A stretch of 64,000 nucleotides of DNA from Spirulina sp. (GCA_044070495.1 JBIPSI010000001.1:160001-224000), one strand, 5' to 3'. Shown: positions 9,644 to 18,912, numbered from the stretch's first letter. Numbers and translations: made by a program. The notes: generated from the sequence alone by a model not told the origin.

Positions 9644-10609
9644 GTGATGCCCCTAACGCCCCTTACCCGCCCGCAAGACCTGGGTTCAGTGGTGGCCACC
9701 ATGGGGCAACTGGCCAGGGAAGCCAACCGCTACCCCGCCGGATCCCTGGATGGTCGATCTTTAGCGGATCGCGACCCGGATAAAATCGACCAGATGCTCC
9801 CCTTTTTTGACTGGGTGTATCACCACTACTTCCGGGTCAAAGCCGATGGCTGGGAGCACATCCCTGCCCAGGGGCCAGTGCTGATCGTGGGTTCCCACAA
9901 TGGCGGACTAGCCGCGCCCGACACCCAAATGATGACCTACGACTGGCTGCGCCGCTTCGGTAGCCAGCGTCCGGCCTATGCCGTCATGGATCCCAGGGTG
10001 TGGCAAGTGTTTCCCATCCTGGGGCGCATGGGAGCCTGGATGGGCTGCCTACGGGCCGACTCCCCTGCCGCCGTCCGTGCCCTGCGGCGGCGGGCTTCGC
10101 TGCTGGTCTACCCCGGCGGAGCACGAGACGTATTTCGGCCCCACCACCTACGTAACCAGATTTGTTTTTTCGGCCAAAAGGGCTTCATCAAACTCGCCCT
10201 GCGCGAGGAAGTTCCCATTGTGCCCGCCATTTCCTACGGTGCCCACGACACCCTCTGGGTGCTGGAGGACTTCTACGACCTCGCCGATACCTGGCGACGG
10301 AAACAGGGCTGGGACTGGCCCCTGAATCTGGATCCCGGCACCCTGCCCCTCTACCTCGGCTGGCCCTGGGGTATTGCCTTTGGCCCCCTGCCCAATTTTC
10401 CTTGGCCCGTGCAGCTCCACACCCGCGTTTGCCCACCCATCACCTTCCCCCGCTACGGCCTCGCCGCCGCCCAAGATGATGCCTACGTAGACGCCTGCTA
10501 CGAGCAAGTCCGTAAAACGATGCAGCAGTCCCTCGACCAACTCTTCGCCCTCTACGAACCCCCAATAACCAATAACCAACAACCAGCCCCCGTAGATCCA
10601 GAACTATGA
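9644..10609 (+). CDS. slr2103-like (DGAT2/PlsC-type) acyltransferase
   Basis: YFRVKADGWEHIP, VGSHNGGLAAPD (HxxxxxxxD region), LVYPGG..DVFRP, KGFIKLAL, LYLGWPWG; closely resembles Synechocystis Slr2103 as I recall it. Confidence 0.8.
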   Translation: MMPLTPLTRPQDLGSVVATMGQLAREANRYPAGSLDGRSLADRDPDKIDQMLPFFDWVYHHYFRVKADGWEHIPAQGPVLIVGSHNGGLAAPDTQMMTYDWLRRFGSQRPAYAVMDPRVWQVFPILGRMGAWMGCLRADSPAAVRALRRRASLLVYPGGARDVFRPHHLRNQICFFGQKGFIKLALREEVPIVPAISYGAHDTLWVLEDFYDLADTWRRKQGWDWPLNLDPGTLPLYLGWPWGIAFGPLPNFPWPVQLHTRVCPPITFPRYGLAAAQDDAYVDACYEQVRKTMQQSLDQLFALYEPPITNNQQPAPVDPEL

Positions 10610-11511
10610 GTAACCCTGTTCTCCCCGCCGCCGCCGCTAGCCTCACGGAATCGACCTCCATCGCCATGGCCACCGCCATTCAGTCCGTAGAGATTCAAAC
10701 CTCCCTGGCCGCTGCCCCCATCCCCACCGCCTATGCCATGGCTGGCGGCGGAGATGAACCCATCCTGCTAATCCACGGCTTCGACAGTTCTCAACTGGAG
10801 TTTCGGCGGTTGTGGCCCTTACTAGCTCAGCATCGGCAAACCTGGGCCATAGACTTGCTGGGCTTTGGCTTTAGCGACCGCGCCCAATGTCCCCAATTGT
10901 CCCCAGCGGCAATTAAGCAGCACCTACATGCCTTCTGGCAGCAGCAAATCCAGCGGCCTATGGTGCTGGTGGGGGCCTCCATGGGCGGAGCCGCCGCCAT
11001 TGACTTTGCCCTCACCTATCCGGAGGCCGTGGCGTCCCTAGTCCTCATCGACAGTGCTGGGTTTGCCGCTGGCCCCGCCATGGGAAACCTCATGGTGCCG
11101 CCCTTGGATAGCCTTGCGACGGGTTTTTTGCGGAGTGCCTGGGTGCGTCGCAGTATCAGCAAATCCGCTTATTTTGATAAATCCTTCGTTACCCCCGACG
11201 CCGAACTCTGCGCCGCCCTGCACCTAGATTGCCCCCGCTGGAAGGAAGCCCTGATCGCCTTCACCAAAAGCGGCGGCTACAACTTCCTCGACGACAAAAT
11301 TGCCAATATTACCCAGCCCACCCTAGTGATCTGGGGCAAGCAGGATCGCATTCTGGGGACTCGCGACGCCGAACGCTTCCAGCAGACCATTTCCCAGAGC
11401 CACCTGATGTGGATTGATGACTGCGGCCATGTGCCCCACCTGGAAAAGCCCCAGGATACCGCCACCGCCATCCAAACCTTCCTAGCCCGCCTTTGCCCCA
11501 CCAAGGCCTAG
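10606..11511 (+). CDS. Alpha/beta-fold hydrolase
   Basis: LIHGFDSS, nucleophile GASMGG, DRIL, CGHVPHLEKP; ATGA overlap with the upstream gene. Confidence 0.9.
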   Translation: MSNPVLPAAAASLTESTSIAMATAIQSVEIQTSLAAAPIPTAYAMAGGGDEPILLIHGFDSSQLEFRRLWPLLAQHRQTWAIDLLGFGFSDRAQCPQLSPAAIKQHLHAFWQQQIQRPMVLVGASMGGAAAIDFALTYPEAVASLVLIDSAGFAAGPAMGNLMVPPLDSLATGFLRSAWVRRSISKSAYFDKSFVTPDAELCAALHLDCPRWKEALIAFTKSGGYNFLDDKIANITQPTLVIWGKQDRILGTRDAERFQQTISQSHLMWIDDCGHVPHLEKPQDTATAIQTFLARLCPTKA

Positions 11512-11655
11512 GGTTTACGCTTGGCTTACTCTGTTCGCCGACATCAGCGCCGCAGACCGCATCGAACCTTGAACTAGGGTTAGGGTAGCAGTGACCACAA
11601 CGGTTTCCCAAAAACCGTATCGGAGGAAGACCCCCACGTTTCTCGCTCCAAAGCC

Positions 11656-13320
11656 ATGACCATTCCCACAGATCGGACGGCGTTATACCAACTGCTTCTG
11701 GCTCTGCCGACCCCTCAGTTTGAAGCGCTGCTGTTTGACCTCAACCCGCCTAAGGGTAATATTTCGCCTCCCACCGCTCCCCGAGGGCAACGGGTGCCAG
11801 AATTGTTGGACTGGTTGGAAAGCCCCATTGGCCCCGGACTAGAGGCATTGAGAACCGCCGTAGAGCAGGTGGTCGTCGGTCACGAAAAAGGTAGCCGTGA
11901 CAAGCTCCCGGATCCACTGATCCCACAGAATCAAGGGACACCCGATTCGTCACCACGGGATGACAACGCACAAGATAACGATCCCCTCCCTCTCCCCAAG
12001 CGTCTGTTTCCCCTGCGCTTCAGTAAGACACTGATGATTTTGGCCCTGGTCAGTGGCTTTGGGGCGGCCTCCTTGGTGTCGGTCGTGCGCTTTTGGGGAG
12101 CCTTTGAACGGCTGGAACTGATGGCCTACGACCATGTGCTAACGGTAAGACCAGCGGAGCCCGTCAGTGATCGCATTATCGTCCTAGAAGCGAACCGAGC
12201 GGTGGTAGACGCTGAGCAAGCCAAAGAACCCAAAAATCTGGCAGAGACCCTATCCGATGCCACCCTCACCGCTGCCATTCAAAAACTCCAGGACTATGGC
12301 ACCAGCGTGATTGGCTTGGACTGGTATCTGCCCGCTGATCTCAGCCAGTGGTCGGCATCGGTTTTACCAGTCTTTCAGGCCTCTGATCCCGCAGGTCAAC
12401 GCTCGGCTATCTATGGCCTATGCCTCCAGCCCTACCAGGGGCGCACGGGGGAAGAAAATGCGGTACCCGCTCCCCATCCCCAGGCCATCCCCCCGGAGCG
12501 TGTGGGGTTTAGCAACTTTGCGACCGATGGCGATACCGTTCTGCGCCGACACCTGGTCAGCAATGGCCTAGGCGACACGGTTACCGCACCGCCCTGCCCC
12601 TCTACCCAAGCCTTTAGCACCCTCATTGCCCTACGGTACTTGGACGTCAACCATCCCGACCTTGGCCCCTTCCTTCCGCCAGACCTGTCAACCCCTTCAA
12701 CCTTGCGCCGCCAATCCACCCTCGGCCCCACAACCCTGGAGGGGCCGTACACCTATATTTATGGCGGCTACCAAAACCTAGACCCTGCGGCCTTGGAAAT
12801 CATGATCAACTACCGAGAACCGCCAGGGAATAATCTACGCGCCGCCTTTACCCATAAATCCCTCTACGACTTGCTAGAGAATCGGCTAGACCCCGCTGCC
12901 TTTCAAGGAAAAGTGGTGCTGCTAGGGCTAACGGACGATACCCGCATTAGCGACCGATTTTTAACCCCCTACGGTGACGAACTCGGCGTCACCCTGCAAG
13001 CCCACATGGTTGACCACCTGATCAGCTTGGCCCTGGGGGAACGACGGCAAATTTGGGTATGGACGAGGGGCGGCGAGTTTGCCTGGATTTTGCTGTGGGG
13101 TGTGATGGGCGGATGGCTGGGCGTTGTCGGGCGCAAACGACCTTGGTGGCTTACCGGATCGCTCGTGGCTGGGGTGTTGGGCATTTATCTAGCCAGTCGT
13201 TTGACGATGGGAGTCCTAGCCCTTTGGTTGCCCATGGTGCCGCCCATGGTGGCCTTCGTGCTGGCCCAAGGCACTGTGGTTTATACTGAGGCCACATTGC
13301 AAAGGAATCGCTCCGAATAG
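11656..13320 (+). CDS. CHASE2-domain membrane protein with a small N-terminal helical module and no C-terminal output domain
   Basis: TM helix then LELMAYD..L..RP, IGLDWY, VGFSNFATDGDTVLRR, GKVVLLG, GVTLQAHMV, followed by three TM helices and the stop. Confidence 0.85.
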   Translation: MTIPTDRTALYQLLLALPTPQFEALLFDLNPPKGNISPPTAPRGQRVPELLDWLESPIGPGLEALRTAVEQVVVGHEKGSRDKLPDPLIPQNQGTPDSSPRDDNAQDNDPLPLPKRLFPLRFSKTLMILALVSGFGAASLVSVVRFWGAFERLELMAYDHVLTVRPAEPVSDRIIVLEANRAVVDAEQAKEPKNLAETLSDATLTAAIQKLQDYGTSVIGLDWYLPADLSQWSASVLPVFQASDPAGQRSAIYGLCLQPYQGRTGEENAVPAPHPQAIPPERVGFSNFATDGDTVLRRHLVSNGLGDTVTAPPCPSTQAFSTLIALRYLDVNHPDLGPFLPPDLSTPSTLRRQSTLGPTTLEGPYTYIYGGYQNLDPAALEIMINYREPPGNNLRAAFTHKSLYDLLENRLDPAAFQGKVVLLGLTDDTRISDRFLTPYGDELGVTLQAHMVDHLISLALGERRQIWVWTRGGEFAWILLWGVMGGWLGVVGRKRPWWLTGSLVAGVLGIYLASRLTMGVLALWLPMVPPMVAFVLAQGTVVYTEATLQRNRSE

Positions 13321-13391
13321 CCTGGAGCCTACATAGGTCAAGCCAGGTCAAGCTAGGCTCCGTTCGATACAGGCCGAGGTGGGTATTAGCG

Positions 13392-14216
13392 ATGGCAAAC
13401 AAGTGGCTAGGACTCCTCATTGTGGCTGTCGGGTGGAGCTTTGTGGATTCCCCTAGCTGGGCCAATTCCCCAGCCTCAGATCCCGTCGCTGATACCATCC
13501 TCTATGCCCAGGGCAACCAGTCCGAGGGTTTTTGGGTACGAACCTGGCAACGGTTGCGGGGTCGCCCTGCCCCCAGCCAAAGAAGCGGTTCCACAGGGCG
13601 CGGTGGGGCCAACCACGACCGCTGCCTCTACACCACCGAAGAACTGCTGGCCCTAGTGCCCACCGCTGCCGATACAGGGCTGCCCTACCTAGAACCCATC
13701 CTCACGGGCTATCCCACCTGGTGGTTTTACGTGCCCTACGCTGGCAACGGTCGCCTCCAGGCCGAATTTGTGTTGATCGATGCCGACGAAACCATTCTTT
13801 ACGAACAGGCCATCACCGTGCCCCCAACCCCCGGAGTGATGCCTGTCTCCTGGCCCGAAACGGAGCCGCCCCTCTCCCCAGGGGAAGCCTACCGCTGGGT
13901 ATTTTCTATCCGCTGCAACCCCGCCAACCGCTCCGGCGATGCCACCGTCAACGGCTGGATCCAACGCGCCACCACCGAAGAGTCTGCCGCCCTCGCCACT
14001 CAGCTTGCCACCGCCCCCAACCCCTACCAAGTTCTCGCGGACTCCTTTTACTGGTTCGATCTTCTAGCTGCTCTCAACACCCTCAAAACCAGCGATCCCC
14101 AGCAGTTCTCGCCCCTGTGGGATGGGTTACTGTGCCAGGTCTATGCCCAGTCCGACCGCCTCGTTATCCCCACCGAAACCTGCCCCGATCTCTCCAGTCT
14201 GCCAGAACAAAACTAA
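13392..14216 (+). CDS. DUF928 family secreted protein
   Basis: Signal peptide; GGA..RC, LLALVP, PTWWFYVPY, EFVL.D, YRWVFSIRC, VNGWIQR, YWFDLL are typical DUF928 motifs. Confidence 0.85.
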   Translation: MANKWLGLLIVAVGWSFVDSPSWANSPASDPVADTILYAQGNQSEGFWVRTWQRLRGRPAPSQRSGSTGRGGANHDRCLYTTEELLALVPTAADTGLPYLEPILTGYPTWWFYVPYAGNGRLQAEFVLIDADETILYEQAITVPPTPGVMPVSWPETEPPLSPGEAYRWVFSIRCNPANRSGDATVNGWIQRATTEESAALATQLATAPNPYQVLADSFYWFDLLAALNTLKTSDPQQFSPLWDGLLCQVYAQSDRLVIPTETCPDLSSLPEQN

Positions 14217-14260
14217 TTCCCGTCCTTGGCTAACCTTGTCCCCTCTGCCCATCTCCAGCC

Positions 14261-17200
14261 ATGCCCCAGCCCCCAGAAAATCTCCAACACCGCCAACTCC
14301 AGCGATGGCTCAAGCCCTTTGGTATGGTCTCGCTCTTGGCCAGCAGCTACCTACTCACCCAGGCGGCCCAAGCCTTCGAGCCATTCCCACGGAGGGAGAT
14401 GCAATCCCACCTGCAAACGGGATTGGTCCAACTCCGCCAAACCCGCGTTCAACCCCTTGCATTGATCTCAGAAAGCCACCCCAATCCAGTCCTTTCTGAG
14501 GGCCTGGAAGGGCGAAATCTAGCCAAAGATATGGCTTTGTTAAGCCAGAACCCGCCAGATTCCCCAGCGGTTGAAGACCCTGAAGCTACTGAGCCGCCTT
14601 CCGAGCCTCAAGTATTGGTCGCTGAGGTAGTTGTAGAATCCCTAAGCGGTGAACTTCCTGCTGAGCTTAGAGATCTAATCTATGAGACTGTGCAGACCAG
14701 GGCAGGAAACACCACATCCCGCAGCCAACTTCAGCTAGACATTAACAATATTTTTACAACGGGCTTTTTTTCTGATGTCGATGCCCGCCCAGAAGATACA
14801 GATCTGGGTGTACGAGTTACGTTCATCGTACGGCCTAACCCCGTTCTCACCGATGTTCAGATCGTGGGAAATCAGGTGCTACCTTTAGCCATCGTTAATC
14901 AAATTTTTGCGAGTCAAAAGAATCGAATAATTAACCTACTTGATTTTCAAGATGGCATTGAATCTATTAATCAGTGGTATCAAGATAATGGTTATATCTT
15001 AGCTAAGATCATTGAGAATCCAAGGGTCTCCGACCAAGGAGTAGTTACTGTAGAAGTCACCGAAGGCGTGATTGAAGCCATTGAAGTACGGTTTGTGGAT
15101 GAGAACGGAAATACTACTAATGAGCAAGGCCAACCTATTCAAGGCAAAACTCAAGAGTATGTGATTTTGCGGGAGTTTCAAAGTCGTCCAGGTCATGTGT
15201 TTCAAGAATCTCGCATTGAGAGCGACTTTCAGAGGGTAAGAAATCTAGGGTTCTTAGGTAGAGTCACTCCTGGATTAGAGCCTAGTGAAGTTGACCCTCG
15301 CCAGATCAGGGTTATTATTAATATTAATGAGATTAAAAATAATTCGTTTTCAGCAGGGGCGGGAAGAAATTTTTCTGGCAATATTTTTCTTTCCGGCGGT
15401 TACAGCAACAAAAATCTTCTAGGACGAGGGCAAACACTAGCTTTCGAGACAGAGGTTGGCATTTCCGAAACAAAGCTTACTGCATCATTGAACAGTCCTG
15501 GCACTCTGGATAAATCACTTGCTACGCCTTCGGAATTAAATGGCGCAGTTAATGCTGTTAACATAGCCGTTAGTCGGATGAGAGAGCAACCTCTAGATAA
15601 GGAAAGACGCTTAGAGGCCATCGATAAAATGAAAAAGCTACACCGTCTTTCTCAAGCTACGAATAATAAATCTTTAGAGATATTAGTTCTGAACAATTTA
15701 ACCAACTTGTATTTGCGTGATAATGTTATTGACTTTCTTAAGACCTCTGACGAGGCGCTAGAGCTAATTAACAGGATTGAGAGTCCGGCTTTGGAAACGT
15801 ACTTTTTACTTCGTCAAGTCAAAGCCTATAGAGCCTTAAGTAAGCCTCAACGAGCATTGGATAACTATACTCAAGCACTGGAAAAGATCAACAAACTTCA
15901 AAAGAATGTTAATCTATCCAACTGGCTCGGCGAAGATATGTTTGACGCCTTGTCGGACGAATGGCATCTTAGAAGTCAAGAAGATTCGTTCTCTGACAAG
16001 GACATTGCTCAAGCGCTCAATCTAGTTAAATTGGGTATTTTATTGGACACAACTTTTACTTATAGTGTTCTCGGGGATTACCAAGCTGGGCTCTATATGG
16101 CCAGCTCGAATGAGTTTTCAAATACAACAAATTCATTGTTAGATTACATTAACAATTTTTTGAATAGCAATCTAATAAAATTGACATCAGTTGTCGGATC
16201 AAATGAGCCTAATAACGAAAAAGATGGCGATTTGGTTGAAGCATTCTTTTTCAATTTTTGGTTAGTCGAAGCCAAGAAAACTTATCAGGTTTTTCTCAGT
16301 AATATACCAGAAATTTACAAGAGAAAAACCCTCTCTATTCTCTTCTCTGATCTTGATGAGCTTGAATCAAGAGCTATTCAGGAGGCTCGAATTAAAGACA
16401 TGAGTATCTCTCCCAGGAAACAAATAAACCTGCTTTTGTACCGCTCAATGGAATTCCTGTCTAGTCCTGATTATCTTAGTAGCGACGGATTCTTGAGTGG
16501 ATTTGGTGCAGATTTTATGGGGCCTGTTTTGCTTGAGATCCAACCGCTTATCCCAGAGGCATTTGATCTTGAAACTCAGATGTGGAATGCAGAAAAACTA
16601 GAGGCTATCATCAATATTTCAAAAGACTCTCTAATTCAGCATTTTTCTGAATCGGGAGACCAGCAAACAATTACGCTAGTCAATCAGTTCAGCGGTCTGA
16701 TTGATTTTTTTGTACAAAGCTTTGTATCCGGGTCTCGTTTTGAGAAGGATAGCCCTGAGTATTATCAGTACAGGGTAGAACTTGCTCAGACTGCTTTAAG
16801 GGACTGGCAGGGCCAAAATAGTATCAGTCGGGAGTTTGATTGGACTAAAGGATTTATTCTGAAATCTCAGGGTGATGCTCACTATCGGCTTGGCGACTAT
16901 GAAACAGCGGCTTCTGTTTATGAAAGTGCTATTCCATTCTTGATCAAGGCCGAAGAGTTTTATAAAGGAGGATTTAGAAACTCAAATCCTAAAATCCAGA
17001 GCTTCATAGGAGCAGTCAAACATAATGAAAGCTTGTCATGGGCGAATCAACTCATTTTTCAAATACTTTTTTCTCAACGTCTCTCGACTTCCTTAAGCGC
17101 GGCTGATGCCCATCTAGAACTGAAAAAATCAAGTACGGCAAAAGCCCGATATCTTGACGCCTTGGAGCTTAGTGAGAGAGTCATAGCAGAAGAATTTGTC

Positions 17201-18904
17201 TACAAACAGACTGAACTGTCAGAAATTTACTACGGCCTAGCACGGGCTGAGGCAATGTTAGGCAATGCTAAAGAGGCAGAAGAGGCAATAGAACAATCAA
17301 TTGCTATTAGTGAATCATCCTTTCCCAATGAGTCGGTCTCTGGCGGCACTGGGGTTCTAGATTTGGGATTTACCTACGGCTATGGTCTGCCCTATCGAGG
17401 ATCAATTTCGGCCAGCTTTAAACTTGAGACAGAAAATCCCTGGTTAGCGGCAAGTACGAATCAAGATTTTTTAGTAGAGCGACGTTGTGCGACGGTAACA
17501 CAGTATTTTGAATGTCGGCAAAAATATTTTGACTTTTACATTAGCTGGCTATTGCAACAGCACCAGGCCAACCCCACGATGGGGTTTGATGTAAGGGCCT
17601 TTGAGGCCAGTGAGCAGGCCAAATCCTTCAGTTTTCGGCGACCCGATAGCGAGGTTTCGGCTCAGGATCGGTTTGCTCCGACTCGTACTTTGGCGGAGAT
17701 TCAGGCGGCAATTGGGGACAACGAAACGCTGGTGCTGGAATATTTTCTGGGTCAGGAAGTCAGCTATTTGTGGATGCTAGGCCAGGATGGGGCGCTGCAA
17801 GTTTACACCCTACCCCCTCGCGCCGAGATTGAAGCCCAGGCCCAGGTGTTCTACGACCTGTTGACCTCGCCGACCGGGCGGGTGCGGCCCCAAACGACGG
17901 CCCAGGCGGGGGCGGCCCTCAGTAACATGATTCTTGGCCCCGTGGCCGACCAACTGGGCACCCAGCGCTTGGTGATCGTGGCCGATGGATTGTTGCAGTA
18001 TCTTCCCTTCGCCGCCCTGCCCAACCCCAACCCCGACAACCTGCCGACGGTCTCAGCCCAGCAAGGGGAATATGGCCCTGCGCTGAATCCCCTGCTGCTG
18101 GATCACGAGGTGGTGCATCTGCCCTCGGCCTCTACCTTGGTGGCGCTGCGGCGCAATGCCCCCTCGCGGCCCCAGCCTACCCAGGAACTCGCCTTTTTCG
18201 CCAATCCTGTTTTCAATCACAAAGACGAACGGGTGCGGCAGGTAAAGCTGTTCCCTTGGTCACGGCCCTTTAGTCAGGCGGAACTAGACAACATCGAAGC
18301 CCTCTACAGCGCCATTCCCGCCACCGAGGAAGAGTTAGACCGCATCCTAGCCGCTAACCTACTGCCAGAAGGCAAGGTGAAAACCTTCTTTGGCTACGAG
18401 GCCAACCTTGAGGCGGCGCTAGATTCCCAGTTGGGGCAGTATCGCATCGTGCACTTTGCCTCCCACGGCATTTTCAATAGCAATGCCCCAGAGCGTTCCG
18501 GCGTGGTGCTGTCGGGCCTCAGCGAGGCTGGGGTGGTGCAGGCGGGTCTATTGTCGCCCACCTACGCCTTTAACGACATGAACCTTTCTGCTACGGAACT
18601 GGTCGTCCTCAGCGGTTGCCGCACGGGGCTAAGCCAGGGCCACATTGGCCGCGAGGGCATGACCGGGCTCACCAATGGCCTGTTTGATGCCGGGGCCGAG
18701 CGCGTGGTGGCCAGCCTGTGGAGCGTGCGAGATGACGCTACCCGTGAGCTGATGAATCGGTTCTATGGGTTAATGCTAGACCCAGAAAACCCGCTACCGC
18801 CCGCCCAGGCCCTCACCGAGGCCCAGCGCTCGATGTGGAACGAACCCCGCTGGCAAACCCCCTACAACTGGGCCGCGTTTACGCTCCAGGGCGTTTGGGA
18901 GTAG
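14261..18904 (+). CDS. Fusion protein: signal peptide, BamA/Omp85 POTRA1-3 plus ~4 beta-strands, TPR-like helical region, CHAT protease
   Basis: aa ~115-415 match the cyanobacterial Omp85 N-terminus (VLVAEVVV, TSRSQLQLDINNIFTTGFF, WYQDNGY, GKTQEYVILREF, NLLGRGQTL). The C-terminal CHAT domain has IVADGLLQYLPFAAL, VHFASHG, LVVLSGCRTG, VVASLWSV and PYNWAAFTLQG. Confidence 0.85.
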   Translation: MPQPPENLQHRQLQRWLKPFGMVSLLASSYLLTQAAQAFEPFPRREMQSHLQTGLVQLRQTRVQPLALISESHPNPVLSEGLEGRNLAKDMALLSQNPPDSPAVEDPEATEPPSEPQVLVAEVVVESLSGELPAELRDLIYETVQTRAGNTTSRSQLQLDINNIFTTGFFSDVDARPEDTDLGVRVTFIVRPNPVLTDVQIVGNQVLPLAIVNQIFASQKNRIINLLDFQDGIESINQWYQDNGYILAKIIENPRVSDQGVVTVEVTEGVIEAIEVRFVDENGNTTNEQGQPIQGKTQEYVILREFQSRPGHVFQESRIESDFQRVRNLGFLGRVTPGLEPSEVDPRQIRVIININEIKNNSFSAGAGRNFSGNIFLSGGYSNKNLLGRGQTLAFETEVGISETKLTASLNSPGTLDKSLATPSELNGAVNAVNIAVSRMREQPLDKERRLEAIDKMKKLHRLSQATNNKSLEILVLNNLTNLYLRDNVIDFLKTSDEALELINRIESPALETYFLLRQVKAYRALSKPQRALDNYTQALEKINKLQKNVNLSNWLGEDMFDALSDEWHLRSQEDSFSDKDIAQALNLVKLGILLDTTFTYSVLGDYQAGLYMASSNEFSNTTNSLLDYINNFLNSNLIKLTSVVGSNEPNNEKDGDLVEAFFFNFWLVEAKKTYQVFLSNIPEIYKRKTLSILFSDLDELESRAIQEARIKDMSISPRKQINLLLYRSMEFLSSPDYLSSDGFLSGFGADFMGPVLLEIQPLIPEAFDLETQMWNAEKLEAIINISKDSLIQHFSESGDQQTITLVNQFSGLIDFFVQSFVSGSRFEKDSPEYYQYRVELAQTALRDWQGQNSISREFDWTKGFILKSQGDAHYRLGDYETAASVYESAIPFLIKAEEFYKGGFRNSNPKIQSFIGAVKHNESLSWANQLIFQILFSQRLSTSLSAADAHLELKKSSTAKARYLDALELSERVIAEEFVYKQTELSEIYYGLARAEAMLGNAKEAEEAIEQSIAISESSFPNESVSGGTGVLDLGFTYGYGLPYRGSISASFKLETENPWLAASTNQDFLVERRCATVTQYFECRQKYFDFYISWLLQQHQANPTMGFDVRAFEASEQAKSFSFRRPDSEVSAQDRFAPTRTLAEIQAAIGDNETLVLEYFLGQEVSYLWMLGQDGALQVYTLPPRAEIEAQAQVFYDLLTSPTGRVRPQTTAQAGAALSNMILGPVADQLGTQRLVIVADGLLQYLPFAALPNPNPDNLPTVSAQQGEYGPALNPLLLDHEVVHLPSASTLVALRRNAPSRPQPTQELAFFANPVFNHKDERVRQVKLFPWSRPFSQAELDNIEALYSAIPATEEELDRILAANLLPEGKVKTFFGYEANLEAALDSQLGQYRIVHFASHGIFNSNAPERSGVVLSGLSEAGVVQAGLLSPTYAFNDMNLSATELVVLSGCRTGLSQGHIGREGMTGLTNGLFDAGAERVVASLWSVRDDATRELMNRFYGLMLDPENPLPPAQALTEAQRSMWNEPRWQTPYNWAAFTLQGVWE

Positions 18905-18912
18905 CAAAGTCG

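Noticed and set aside
14261..15502. Calling this the housekeeping bamA gene or a bamA pseudogene
   Set aside because: Most of the barrel is missing and the frame continues without a stop into TPR-like and CHAT regions, so it is treated as a fusion protein.
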